A stretch of DNA of 64,000 bases from Candidatus Obscuribacteraceae bacterium (GCA_044226015.1 JBGAHS010000005.1:480001-544000), one strand, 5' to 3'; shown: positions 28,728 to 38,861, numbered from the stretch's first letter. Notes: generated from the sequence alone by a model not told the origin. Numbers and translations are program-made.

Positions 28728-29477
28728 ATGACAACGGACATCAAAAATCGTGAGCTAATTCTTTGCCAGGACAAAGAGGATCTTGCGGATAAGGCGGCAA
28801 AATCCTTTTGCAAAATTGCAAACGAGATTCTCGCCAAAAAAGGAGTCTTGAATCTAGCTCTTTCTGGCGGCTCGACGCCAAAATTGATTTATGAAAGACT
28901 ACTCAAAGATGATCTAGTGAAGTCTATTGATTGGGGGCGCATCGCCTTTTTTGTCAGCGATGAGCGCTGCGTACCTCACTCTAGTTCTGATAGTAATTGG
29001 GGAAATGCGAGTCGGCAATTACTTCAACCACTGAATATCACTTCTGCGATGTTGCACCCAACCGAAGAGCAGGACACGAACCCTGATGATTGCGCGGAAA
29101 AATATGAGGAGCACATTCGCAATTTGGTGAAGCCCGGTCATAATGGGTTGCCTTGTTTTGACATAATTTTTCTCGGCATGGGTCCTGATGGTCATACCGC
29201 TTCTCTCTTCCCCGGCAGTAAAGGTGTTGAAGAGAAATCGAAGCTGGTTATCAAAAATCATGTGGAAAAACTGAACGCAGACCGCATTAGCTTCACTTTT
29301 CCCTTAATCAACAGTGCAAGCAACGTTATCTTTTTGGTGGCAGGTGAGGATAAATCAGAAGTGCTTGCGGAAGTTATGGCGCATTCCGGAAAATATCCTT
29401 GCGAGCATGTGGATACACCAAACGGCAAAGTAAGCTGGTTTGTGGATCGCTTCGCTGCCTGTCACATGTCACTTTAA
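28728..29477 (+). CDS. pgl: 6-phosphogluconolactonase
   Basis: ALSGGSTP, DERCVP, LGMGPDGHTASLFP, RISFTFPLIN; GGAG RBS. Confidence 0.95.
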   Translation: MTTDIKNRELILCQDKEDLADKAAKSFCKIANEILAKKGVLNLALSGGSTPKLIYERLLKDDLVKSIDWGRIAFFVSDERCVPHSSSDSNWGNASRQLLQPLNITSAMLHPTEEQDTNPDDCAEKYEEHIRNLVKPGHNGLPCFDIIFLGMGPDGHTASLFPGSKGVEEKSKLVIKNHVEKLNADRISFTFPLINSASNVIFLVAGEDKSEVLAEVMAHSGKYPCEHVDTPNGKVSWFVDRFAACHMSL

Positions 29478-29553
29478 GTTTGCTGATTCTTTTTCACGCT
29501 CTTTTCACGTAGGAACTGAGAGTATTCAACTGAATAATTAGAGGTTGAATCTC

Positions 29554-29805
29554 ATGCTTGAAGACTTCCACGCTCGAAAAGCAGCAGAAGATGAATCGTC
29601 TGCTGCAAAAACAGAACACGCACTTTTTGAAAACGCTTACGATTTGCCAAAACCTGGTTTGACGAAAGTGGCAGCAAATGATCTTGCCGATTGGACTAGG
29701 GATCCTATAAATTCCGGAATGCTCAACGGAATTCTGGCGCCCGTCTGGCCACGCAGAGAGTCCGTTGGTGGAGGTCTAAAGAGATATTTGAAGCCTGGAT
29801 CTTAA
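29554..29805 (+). CDS. Small hypothetical protein
   Basis: GAGG RBS before ATG 29554; fills the gap between pgl and the convergent SGNH gene. Confidence 0.5.
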   Translation: MLEDFHARKAAEDESSAAKTEHALFENAYDLPKPGLTKVAANDLADWTRDPINSGMLNGILAPVWPRRESVGGGLKRYLKPGS

Positions 29806-29868
29806 TTATTGTAAGTGCTAGATTGGCGTCTGGTACTCAGGATCAGTTATTGGATCTTCTAAGCGTAG

Positions 29869-30660
29869 TTATTTTTCTGCCAGAACCTTGTCGAGTTCGG
29901 GCTTGATGGCCTCAAGCATTGGCTTGTAGCCTGTGTCTTGAGTCGGATGTAAACCATCATACATAACGACTTTGCTCAAGCTTCCATCTTTTTCAAGCAA
30001 TTTGTCGCTGATGTCCAGGAAGTAAATGTGCTTTGATTTATCAGCAAGTTTTGAATAGAGCTTGTTGGTTTCAATGATTCTCTTTCGCAGAATTGTTCCT
30101 GGCTCTTCATCGCGAGGAAGAATGCCTAAAAGAAGAATCTTCATTTCCGGATACTTCTTATGTATCTCAGCGAGGCAGGTTTTGGTTCCTTCGCAGATTT
30201 CTTCGTTTGTGCTGTTGTACTCGCCAGGGCGCACAGGCAAATTGTTTGTTCCGATCAGTACCACTGCGGCTCTGGGTGGTGTGCCACCAAAGTCGAGTTC
30301 ACCATTTTGCAAGCGCCAGAGTAAGTGCTGAGTGTAGTCACCTGCGATGCCTACGTTTGAAGCTTTAGGACCGATTATTTTGTGTAATAGATCGACGTTC
30401 ATCCAATCAGTAATCGAGTCGCCGTAGAATACGATGTCGATATCGCCTGCTTTTACTTTTTTCACTAAAAGCGCATGCTTTTCTGGCCAGTCTTCATCTG
30501 TTCTGGTGGCTGGAATTGCGGCGCTGGGAATTTTAGAGCTCGCCTTTGCTGAGCCTTCCTTTGTAGGAGTCATGTTTTTAGCGATAGTCATTGTTGTTCC
30601 GGAGAAATAGGTGCCTGCTACCAGAGTACAGAGTGACATAAGTAGAACGGCTTTGCGCAT
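29869..30660 (-). CDS. Secreted SGNH/GDSL hydrolase (PAF-acetylhydrolase-like)
   Basis: Signal peptide; IVFYGDSIT, GIAGD, IGTNN, DGLHP blocks. Confidence 0.9.
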   Translation of the reverse strand: MRKAVLLMSLCTLVAGTYFSGTTMTIAKNMTPTKEGSAKASSKIPSAAIPATRTDEDWPEKHALLVKKVKAGDIDIVFYGDSITDWMNVDLLHKIIGPKASNVGIAGDYTQHLLWRLQNGELDFGGTPPRAAVVLIGTNNLPVRPGEYNSTNEEICEGTKTCLAEIHKKYPEMKILLLGILPRDEEPGTILRKRIIETNKLYSKLADKSKHIYFLDISDKLLEKDGSLSKVVMYDGLHPTQDTGYKPMLEAIKPELDKVLAEK

Positions 30661-30680
30661 CTTTTTTTATTATCCTCATA

Positions 30681-31865
30681 CTATTGTTTGATTTTTGAAA
30701 CAAACGCTGAAATTCTCGATAAGGCCAAATTTATATTGTTCAAGCTGGTGGCGTAAGAGCAGCGTATGAAGCCAGCACCAGCCGCACCGAAAGCGGTGCC
30801 AGGTACTACCGCAACATGCTGATCGTAAAGTAATTTCTCTGCGAATTCTTCACTGCTTAAACCGCTGGCTTCGACGTTGGGAAAAGCATAGAATGCTCCC
30901 TGTGGAAAATGGCAGCTTAAGCCCATTTCGTTGAAACCATCAACAATCAATAGTCGTCGCTGGTTATACTGTTGAACCATTTCTTGAACAGCCGCTTCAC
31001 CATAAGTGAGAGCTTCTAGTGCTGCTTTCTGTCCTGGTGTTGGCGCACAAAGCATAGTGTAGGCGTGAATCTTCATCATTGCATTGATCACATCTTTTGG
31101 TCCGCAGGCGTAGCCCACTCTCCAACCAGTCATCGCATATGCTTTGGAAAAACCATTTAAAACAATTGTGCGTTCAAATGCACCAGGAAGAGAAGAAACA
31201 CAAGTGTGTGTACCTTCATACACCAGTCGATCATAAATCTCGTCGCTAATAACAAAAAGATTGTGCTTCTTGGCGTAATCAACAACTTGCTGGAGTCCAG
31301 CTTTATCCATACTGGCTCCTGTTGGGTTTGATGGATAACCAAGGAGTATTGCCTTTGTTTTCTTGCTGCGAACCTTGTCTAGTTCTTCGACGGTGACTGC
31401 AAATCCATTATCGGCAATCGTGTTCATCACGACAGGCACTCCACCAGCAAGACTAACGCAGGGCTTATAGGAAACGTAGGAAGGCTCTGGAACTATGACT
31501 TCATCGCCCGGGTCTAGGATTGAACGCATCACGAGGTCGAGCGCTTCTGAAACTCCAACGGTGACGAGAATTTCCTCCTCAGGGTTGTATTCGACTTCGT
31601 AAAGTCCTTTCAAATGATCAGAAATAGCCCGGCGCAATTCAATCAATCCATAATTGGAGGAATAAGTTGTCTGTCCTCGCTCGATCGAATAGATTGCTGC
31701 TTCGCGAATTGACCAGGGCGTGGCAAAATCAGGTTCGCCCACACCAAGAGACACGACGTCGTGCATCTTCGCCGCAATATCGAAAAATCTTCGAATACCT
31801 GAAGGTGGTAATTCCGTGACCGTTCGAGCTAACCCTGGATGCGTGGTATGGTCCTTCGTTTCCAT
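30681..31865 (-). CDS. Class I/II PLP aminotransferase (B. subtilis YugH/AlaT-like)
   Basis: PSGIRRFFD, SLGVGEPDF, PSNPTG, SDEIY, GFSKAYAMTGWRVGY, GAFYAFP. Confidence 0.93.
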   Translation of the reverse strand: METKDHTTHPGLARTVTELPPSGIRRFFDIAAKMHDVVSLGVGEPDFATPWSIREAAIYSIERGQTTYSSNYGLIELRRAISDHLKGLYEVEYNPEEEILVTVGVSEALDLVMRSILDPGDEVIVPEPSYVSYKPCVSLAGGVPVVMNTIADNGFAVTVEELDKVRSKKTKAILLGYPSNPTGASMDKAGLQQVVDYAKKHNLFVISDEIYDRLVYEGTHTCVSSLPGAFERTIVLNGFSKAYAMTGWRVGYACGPKDVINAMMKIHAYTMLCAPTPGQKAALEALTYGEAAVQEMVQQYNQRRLLIVDGFNEMGLSCHFPQGAFYAFPNVEASGLSSEEFAEKLLYDQHVAVVPGTAFGAAGAGFIRCSYATSLNNINLALSRISAFVSKIKQ

Positions 31866-31866
31866 T

Positions 31867-32358
31867 TTACGGTGTCACAAGCAAGCGGTTGTCTTCATCT
31901 GCATCCACAAAGAGATCATTATCCTCTTTATACTTGCGCATCATGAAGTGTGTCTCGGTGCCTCTGATACCATCTATAGTGGCGAGTTTCTCTGCTACAA
32001 ATCGACCCAGGTCGCGTAGATCGTTGCCTTGAACCAAAACGCGCAAGTCATTGTTTCCTGAAACTAACCAGACGCTTATGACCTCTGGAAATCTTGCTAT
32101 TCTGTTCGCAACCTTATCAAATCCGACTTCCCTAGCTGGAGCAACCTTAACGTCGATGAAAGCCAAAACCTTTTCGAGTCCAGCTTTTTCCCAGTCAATT
32201 ATTGCTTTGTAGCGTTTGATGACGCCGTCTTTTTCGTATTGCTCGATGGATGCTTTTACATCCTCGACCTTTCTGCCTGTCATTTTGGCTATTTGCTCAG
32301 CTGACAAGCGGGAGTCGCGATTAAGAATACTTAGAATTTCATCTGGTTGATTTGACAT
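31867..32358 (-). CDS. Lrp/AsnC family regulator (YugG/AlaR-like)
   Basis: N-terminal HTH (ILNRDSRLSAEQIAKM), IARFPEV, FVAEKLATIDG, THFMMRKYK; 1 bp from the aminotransferase. Confidence 0.9.
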   Translation of the reverse strand: MSNQPDEILSILNRDSRLSAEQIAKMTGRKVEDVKASIEQYEKDGVIKRYKAIIDWEKAGLEKVLAFIDVKVAPAREVGFDKVANRIARFPEVISVWLVSGNNDLRVLVQGNDLRDLGRFVAEKLATIDGIRGTETHFMMRKYKEDNDLFVDADEDNRLLVTP

Positions 32359-32444
32359 AGTGGCACTATTTTAGCACGCTCACGGCTGTCAAATGGCTGA
32401 ACTCCATCTGCTTTACGATTTTACTTAACGCAAGCAGATCTTGC

Positions 32445-33704
32445 TTATCGTTTGAATGCCTCAGGAATAAGCAGCTGTCGGCGCCCATTTGCAGTTGTCC
32501 AAGCTTGTATTTCACCTGCGCCGCGAGTGTAAATATATCTCTCAGGACCGTTGGTGAGCATTCGGCTAGTGTTGATGAGCATCACCTGATTGTTTCCGGC
32601 AACACCCATGGCGTCGCCGACTAGCCCTTTGAATGGACCGCTTGCCACTTTTACCGGAACATCGAATTTTAATTGGGTTAAATAGCCATTACTTCCGAAA
32701 GCTGCCTCTACTGGTTTGATACCTTTAGCGTTAGCTTGCCCATAAATCCAACTTGAATCGCCACGCATCCATGTAGGCACTCCGACATCAGCAAGATGCT
32801 CATACTTTGCCTGAAACCATTTTGGTGCTGCTGTGAATTCAGCCATTTGTGTTTCTAGTCCCAGTGTATTCCTTGCTTTTTCGAAGTTTCGTCCAATGCG
32901 CGTTATGCCCTCTGGATTTCCTATGGTTATGGATCCATCAGGCAACTGCTTGACTGTATAAACAGACTCACCGTACGACGTGGTTTTGCTCGGATTCAGC
33001 GGATCACGAAAGCGAAATGGAAGTGCCGCTTGCGGGTATTCCGTTAGCACCGCACCATCATCTAGTTTGCTGACAATTTTTCGTTCATTAGCTAGCTCAA
33101 ATTCGCGTGTTGGCATTTGCGGTTCTGCTGGTCTAATTATTGCTGGTTTTGCAATTGGTGCTTCTTTTTTAGCTGCTGCTTTCTCAACTGAGCTTGCGCC
33201 TACTATTTCTGCGGATGTCGTGGGCTTTGTCAGAGCCGCATCTTCCGCGCTAGCAGCAGTCTTTCGACCAGTTTTGCTTACTACTTCGATTCTTCTGGCG
33301 GCTTCAAACTGATCTACGTCAATGCCTCTACCAGTGAGTTTTTCTTCCAGGGCTGCTTGCCTACCAGCAGATAGCCGTTCACGTGAAACAAGGGTCATAC
33401 CACCATCGACATAGCTAAGACCGCTTGCCTGTCTGATTTGTGTGCTTCCTTCTTTTTCAGCGAGTCTTCTTAGAGCTGCTGCTTGTCCTGATGCCGATAG
33501 GCTAAGGGTTCGTGAACCACCACCTATGGCTTCTTCCGCTAGCCTCATCGCGGCGGTGGGTTCTTTCATTGCTGCCCCGGCGCTTAGAGCTTCTCCTGCT
33601 CGAACTGTTTTGCCTGCGGCATCTCCGAGTAGCTTCGCCCCCAGTGTTTCGGCGCCTTCTAGCGCAGCCTTGCCTAATGATTCAGCGATATCTAGCCTCG
33701 ACAT
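32445..33704 (-). CDS. Hypothetical protein: Ala/Glu/Gly-rich N-half, beta-rich C-half
   Basis: Long ORF with GGAG upstream; start TTG 33710 or ATG 33704; no family motif recognised. Confidence 0.7.
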   Translation of the reverse strand: MSRLDIAESLGKAALEGAETLGAKLLGDAAGKTVRAGEALSAGAAMKEPTAAMRLAEEAIGGGSRTLSLSASGQAAALRRLAEKEGSTQIRQASGLSYVDGGMTLVSRERLSAGRQAALEEKLTGRGIDVDQFEAARRIEVVSKTGRKTAASAEDAALTKPTTSAEIVGASSVEKAAAKKEAPIAKPAIIRPAEPQMPTREFELANERKIVSKLDDGAVLTEYPQAALPFRFRDPLNPSKTTSYGESVYTVKQLPDGSITIGNPEGITRIGRNFEKARNTLGLETQMAEFTAAPKWFQAKYEHLADVGVPTWMRGDSSWIYGQANAKGIKPVEAAFGSNGYLTQLKFDVPVKVASGPFKGLVGDAMGVAGNNQVMLINTSRMLTNGPERYIYTRGAGEIQAWTTANGRRQLLIPEAFKR

Positions 33705-33960
33705 ATTCAACTCCGAATTCTTGGGTGCAACCTATGACTACGACGACCAAAGTTTTGATCACACAGTTTTGCAAATATCGAATCAAGCCTGTCTCTAAAA
33801 TATTGAGTGCTCCAGTTTGTCGCCATAGTGATTTCACGTAGCGTCTAGATCTGTGCATGAATCTGCAGTAACGCTGTTCTGTTACTGTGCATTTTTGCCA
33901 TGACGGTGAGCTCCTCTTCGTGAATGAGGACCTTCGATTCATCGCTCAATTCTCACGTCA

Positions 33961-36279
33961 TCACTGATTCGGAATTAAAAGTTCTTCGTTTTCTTTCAAC
34001 GATATGCTTTCTGAGTTCTCTTCAGCAGTTGTGATTTCGATCGATTCACTCTTAGTGTCTTCGGAGGAGCTCTGCGGGACTGTATCTAATTGATGCTTGT
34101 GCGCCATTAAATCTGCTTTTAACCAACTGACATTTTCATAGCGATCTTTCAGATTCAAGTTAGTTGCCTGAGAAACTATCCTACTCAATTCGCTGGAAAT
34201 ACTCTTGCTTTCGTTACTCGGGTTAGACTGTGAGATCGGTGTCGGGTCATGTCCCATCAGCATATAGTACATAGTGGAGCCGAGAGCGTAAATGTCGCTT
34301 TGTGGAACAGCTTCCGCACGGAATTGTTCGGGTGGAGAGTAAGAGTGCTTTCCGGCGCATTCTCCTGATTTTATATTCTTCTCTGATTGTGCAACGCTGA
34401 AATCGATTAGTTTGAGTATTCCGTTAGACTGCAAAATAAGATTGTCGGGAGTGAAGTCTCGATGAACGATTGGTGGGTTTTTCGAATGCAAATAAGAGAG
34501 GATTTCACACATCTGAAGAGCTAATTCCCTGACGCGAGACTCGTCTAAAGCACCTTCTTTTTCGATCAGTTGCCGCAATGTGAGTCCGTCTACATACTCC
34601 AAGACAAGATAGACACGGCTGTTTTCATAGAACATATCTTTTACTTGCACAATTTGCTCATGCTCAAGCTGCGACAAGAGCTTACTTTCATTTTCAAACG
34701 CCCTTGCTGATTCCATAAGTACATCCAGCGATTCGCCAGGAACTAGCTGAAACTCTTTTAGCACAACCTTCTCAGCTTGGTCTGTTTCGGCAAGATATGC
34801 GACAGCCTGACCTCCTGTGCCGATGCGTTGCAAAATCTTGAAAGCGCCTTTTCGCAGAACTGATCCTTCTACGATGCTGTCGCTTTGTTCAACTTTTCCG
34901 CCAGTCAAAACATCAAACCAGATTTCTGTGTATTTGGGTTCTCTTAAGACACTTGAGCCAACCAGCGCTTCTTGAGTCTCAGCGTCAAGGTGAATTGATG
35001 GAGCATGCTTCCTGATCGCAAAAAATAACTGGGCTTTTTGCTCTTTGTTTAGATCTTCCAGGCGGATATCTAATGCTCTCGTTTCATCACTTATTCTGAT
35101 CAGATCGCTTTTGAGCTCTAACGAGCGCGAGATTGATTCAAAAATCTCGCCAACTTTTACTACAGGATACAAAATCGGTGGAACAGTTTTTAGCTTTTCT
35201 GCTGGGAGTGAGCTCGGTATCAGCGTTATGCTAGTTACGTCCTTCCATGCAATTTGAAACGGAACATGTTCAAGTCTCAACAAAGCTACATCTCTGAACC
35301 ATCCTTTTATAGGCAAGGATTTGATGTAGTCATCGTAAATCTCAATTTCATTTTCTCTGCTGATGAAGTTAAGTCCAAATGTGAAATATGAGCGTAAGAA
35401 CAATGTCATCACGCACCACCCGAGTGGTGTCATGTAGAATTGAATCTGCTGAATGATATGATGAAAATTCTTGTCTTTTGAGGCGTAGCCAAATACTTGG
35501 TCTGCAGCAGTGTGTGCATACATCCAATCCATGATCATTCCAGGAATGCCGCAAATAAAGAATAGAAGAATAGTTATTGTGAAAGCTGGTGAGTTAAAGA
35601 AATCGATATTGGATGAACGCTTTTCCTTGTCGGGAAACTGAGTAAGCCTGAGACAGTCGTGGTGTTTTACTGCTTCAACTGCTTCTTTCTTTGTCAGTGC
35701 TCTAAATGTGCTGCTGACAAAGTGGCTGAACATAAGAATTAATGCGCTTGGAGGCGCCGCTACTAACCATGCAAGCAGAAGAGGGCGTATGTCCAGGGCC
35801 AAGTCTCGAATTGCTCTAGGGTCGCGGTACTGCATTCGCACAAGGGTATAATCCTCGTTCCAAAATCTTCGCCAGCGGGCTGGCAAGAATGCAGCAAACA
35901 TGATCGTAGTGAAACTTAGCCACGAGATCATTGGCAGGCAGATAAGCCCATAAGTCCACTTTATGCTTTTGCAAGAATTGGCATAAGCACGAAGATCGTT
36001 TTTCGTAAGAGAGCATTCTTTACGCCAATCATTGCTGACGAAGTCTTTTGGATCGACAGCTGCTAAAGCTGCCGGTTTATTCTTATTGTATAGAGTGAAA
36101 ATGTGTAAGTACGCTAATTGCAATAGAAACAGCAAGTAAAATGGTCTGAGCCAAAATGATTCTTGCTCCATAGACTCACTAAACTGAGTCAACCTTTCTT
36201 CCCAGTATCCTGAAAAGAGATGAGCAAACGGTTTCAAATAATTCGTGGGTTGGGTGCTCTCGGACCTCGTGTCGGTCAT
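33961..36279 (-). CDS. Multi-TM protein with C-terminal Ser/Thr kinase domain
   Basis: Several N-terminal TM helices; IGTGGQAVAY, VVLKEF, HRDFTPDN, DFS, GKHSYSPPEQ, DIYALG. Confidence 0.9.
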   Translation of the reverse strand: MTDTRSESTQPTNYLKPFAHLFSGYWEERLTQFSESMEQESFWLRPFYLLFLLQLAYLHIFTLYNKNKPAALAAVDPKDFVSNDWRKECSLTKNDLRAYANSCKSIKWTYGLICLPMISWLSFTTIMFAAFLPARWRRFWNEDYTLVRMQYRDPRAIRDLALDIRPLLLAWLVAAPPSALILMFSHFVSSTFRALTKKEAVEAVKHHDCLRLTQFPDKEKRSSNIDFFNSPAFTITILLFFICGIPGMIMDWMYAHTAADQVFGYASKDKNFHHIIQQIQFYMTPLGWCVMTLFLRSYFTFGLNFISRENEIEIYDDYIKSLPIKGWFRDVALLRLEHVPFQIAWKDVTSITLIPSSLPAEKLKTVPPILYPVVKVGEIFESISRSLELKSDLIRISDETRALDIRLEDLNKEQKAQLFFAIRKHAPSIHLDAETQEALVGSSVLREPKYTEIWFDVLTGGKVEQSDSIVEGSVLRKGAFKILQRIGTGGQAVAYLAETDQAEKVVLKEFQLVPGESLDVLMESARAFENESKLLSQLEHEQIVQVKDMFYENSRVYLVLEYVDGLTLRQLIEKEGALDESRVRELALQMCEILSYLHSKNPPIVHRDFTPDNLILQSNGILKLIDFSVAQSEKNIKSGECAGKHSYSPPEQFRAEAVPQSDIYALGSTMYYMLMGHDPTPISQSNPSNESKSISSELSRIVSQATNLNLKDRYENVSWLKADLMAHKHQLDTVPQSSSEDTKSESIEITTAEENSESISLKENEELLIPNQ

Positions 36280-38861
36280 GTCTCGACCTCCTCGGCTTGC
36301 TTTAACTCCACTATTACAGAATCGTCATTCTTTAGCCTAACTTCTCCGTTTGCTGTATCGCTTGTTAGGTCGATTTTTGTATTGCCTTCCGCTGGAAGTA
36401 TGTCTGCTTCGCTTCTTCTTGAGTCGAGTATCTGGTTGATTTCCGAATTGATTGTCTCCGAAAGTGTTTTAACAACAGTTTCTGTATGTACTTTCTCCGT
36501 TGTGTTTGAATCCTTTGGAGACTTTGCTGAAGCTTTTTGATTTGCTAATTCTGAAAGCACACTGGTGATTTCACCAAGAGATGATGGACGGTCAGACTCT
36601 TCGAATTCAGTGCATCTCGACACTAGCTCTGCCATTTTGTTTGATATATCTGAGTGCAATTCTTTCAGATTCGTTCTTTGTAGCGCTCGAGGATCTTCAC
36701 CGGTCAGCAAGAAGGCCAGAGTGGCACCCAGGCTGTAAATGTCACTTGCTTTGCTGGACTTTCCCCTCAGCTGTTCGGGTGCGATGTAGGATTGTTTTCC
36801 TATTAGTGTTCCCGTGACTCCTTCCATGAATTGATGAGCCGCGCCGAAGTCGATGATTCTCACATTGCCATCTCTATCAAGCATCAGGTTGTCCGGGGTT
36901 AAATCACGATGCAAAATAGGGACTTCCTGCTCATGCATGAACTTCAACTGTTCGCAGATTTGCAATGCCCATTTTGCGACGAATGTCTCGCTCCGTTTTC
37001 CGCTACGTTTGATAAGTTGCCTCAGGTCAATGCCGTCGATATGTTCAAGAGCAATGTAAGTGGAAGAACCGTCTTCGAAACTATCAATCACAGTTGCGAT
37101 GTCTGGATGGTTTAAAGATTTCAACAAGGTGTATTCCTGAAGAAATGATTCTCTTTGTTTTTGTATTTTGGGATCAAGCGAAGGTGCGACGAATTGCTTC
37201 AGCACTGCGAGACTGCCTTCTTTTTGTCTAACCAGATAGACAGCGCTCAGTGGCTTACTGAGTAGCTTTCGAATGATTCGATATTCTTCCGATCCATTGG
37301 TTACTTTTGCACCGGGGGGATGTGGAACGAAAATTGTTGATTCAAATTTCTTTGTTTCCGATAGCGATGAAGAGGTGTTATTTTTTGCAAGAGCAACGCG
37401 CAGTCTGACAGCTGATTCATCCATTTTGCAATTATTGCCCAGCTCATCGGCAAAGGCTAACAACTCTGCTTGTTTTTCTGGCTCAAGTTCAACTGTTGGA
37501 ATGCTTACAGTTTTAGTATTGAACTTCAGTACGATTGTTTCGGATTGCTTTCCTTCGTTTCTTACCGTCACCGATTTCAACTCTGACCAGAATAGTAATC
37601 TGCGTTCAAAGCTTGTCGTTATCAATAGTCCTTGCTCGCTTGCAAGAATATTCTCTGCCTTTCTTGGAGGAAGAAATGCACATGCTGTTACAGCAAGGGG
37701 CGTCAGATAGCAACCTGCAATGTAGGAGCCAAGAAAGAGCTTCATGCTCTTCAACTGCCAGGGTGAGAGATTCTGATCAACCATACTTCCAATCACCCAA
37801 TTTTCCACGGCATGAGCCAGCTCAAACAGTGGCTGAAAGTACGGATATTTAGTTGCTGCAATCTCTGTCGTGGGTATTAGAGCAACCAGTGAAAATAAAA
37901 TGAGATAGCAATCAAACAGAAGAAACAAGGTTTCAAACACACTTCGAATATGTGGATGCTTTGCTTTAACCGGAATTTTTATACTTCTTATATTTAGACT
38001 TCTGTGTACAAGGCTGAGAATGTCTTCCCCAGATTTGTTTTCAAATATCGTCTTCAGTATCTGCTGGTATGTTGCACTGATGCGCACCATCAGAGCTGAT
38101 GTGAGATTCAATATCGCGATTGAGAATGCCGACGCTGCAAGCAGATTGAGGATTGAGCCTTCTCTATAATCGGAAATGTTTGCGTCTTGAAGTGTCGCAA
38201 GCAACCAGGCACCGACAGTGCTACCCAAGCCGCCCGGCAAAAATGCAAAAAGAAGAACAGCCAGAACAAAGCCAAGATAAAGGCTCTGGAAGGGAAAGAC
38301 CTGAGTCAAAAAGTCTCTGCTTTGCCTTTTGATTTTTGTTGTTAGATTCTTTGATGATTGCGTGTTGCTCTTTGTGGGCAAGATTTTATTTCCGCTCCAA
38401 GAGCTTAAGGCACCAAGAACTGGCATCGACAAGCCCGCAAAAATGCAAAAGTTTAGAAGTGCAACCAAATCGTGCGCCGAGAACCAGTACTGGGAAGATA
38501 GAAGCACCCATTGAAGAAACATTGATGCTAGTAGCATCGTCGCGCCTTTACGGCATGGCCATTTCCGCCAATCGATTTTGTAAGTCTTGAGATTTTGCTC
38601 TACAAAAATGCCATGAAGGGGTGAGCATATGCAGAGTAAGCCCATGCCTGTCAAAAATGGAGCAAACATGTAGTGGTCTAGCAGGTGACTCTTGAACAGT
38701 TGAAATAAACTCGGAGCAACAATGGCAATCGAGACTGCTAGCGAGGACCAAAATAGGATCTTTTCGCCTTTTGGAGTGAAAAGCTTTTCAAGTCCTTGCC
38801 TGTCTTCCGCTGCTGGAGGTTTTTGACTGGATGGCAATGTATTTTCTTGTGGCGAATCCAT
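36276..38861 (-). CDS. Multi-TM protein with C-terminal kinase or pseudokinase domain
   Basis: ~8 TM helices; RKLLSKPLSAVY (no Gly-loop), AVLKQF, HRDLTPDN, DFG, GKQSYIAPEQ, DIYSLG; GAGG RBS; ATGA overlap with the next gene. Confidence 0.9.
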   Translation of the reverse strand: MDSPQENTLPSSQKPPAAEDRQGLEKLFTPKGEKILFWSSLAVSIAIVAPSLFQLFKSHLLDHYMFAPFLTGMGLLCICSPLHGIFVEQNLKTYKIDWRKWPCRKGATMLLASMFLQWVLLSSQYWFSAHDLVALLNFCIFAGLSMPVLGALSSWSGNKILPTKSNTQSSKNLTTKIKRQSRDFLTQVFPFQSLYLGFVLAVLLFAFLPGGLGSTVGAWLLATLQDANISDYREGSILNLLAASAFSIAILNLTSALMVRISATYQQILKTIFENKSGEDILSLVHRSLNIRSIKIPVKAKHPHIRSVFETLFLLFDCYLILFSLVALIPTTEIAATKYPYFQPLFELAHAVENWVIGSMVDQNLSPWQLKSMKLFLGSYIAGCYLTPLAVTACAFLPPRKAENILASEQGLLITTSFERRLLFWSELKSVTVRNEGKQSETIVLKFNTKTVSIPTVELEPEKQAELLAFADELGNNCKMDESAVRLRVALAKNNTSSSLSETKKFESTIFVPHPPGAKVTNGSEEYRIIRKLLSKPLSAVYLVRQKEGSLAVLKQFVAPSLDPKIQKQRESFLQEYTLLKSLNHPDIATVIDSFEDGSSTYIALEHIDGIDLRQLIKRSGKRSETFVAKWALQICEQLKFMHEQEVPILHRDLTPDNLMLDRDGNVRIIDFGAAHQFMEGVTGTLIGKQSYIAPEQLRGKSSKASDIYSLGATLAFLLTGEDPRALQRTNLKELHSDISNKMAELVSRCTEFEESDRPSSLGEITSVLSELANQKASAKSPKDSNTTEKVHTETVVKTLSETINSEINQILDSRRSEADILPAEGNTKIDLTSDTANGEVRLKNDDSVIVELKQAEEVET

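Noticed and set aside
30681..32358. Lrp plus aminotransferase pair as a novel module
   Set aside because: It matches the known yugG-yugH (alaR-alaT) arrangement.
33375..33390. parS-like CCGTTCACGTGAAACA
   Set aside because: It matches 13 of 16 positions with a broken left arm, is a single copy and lies within a CDS (encodes VSRE); no parAB in the window.
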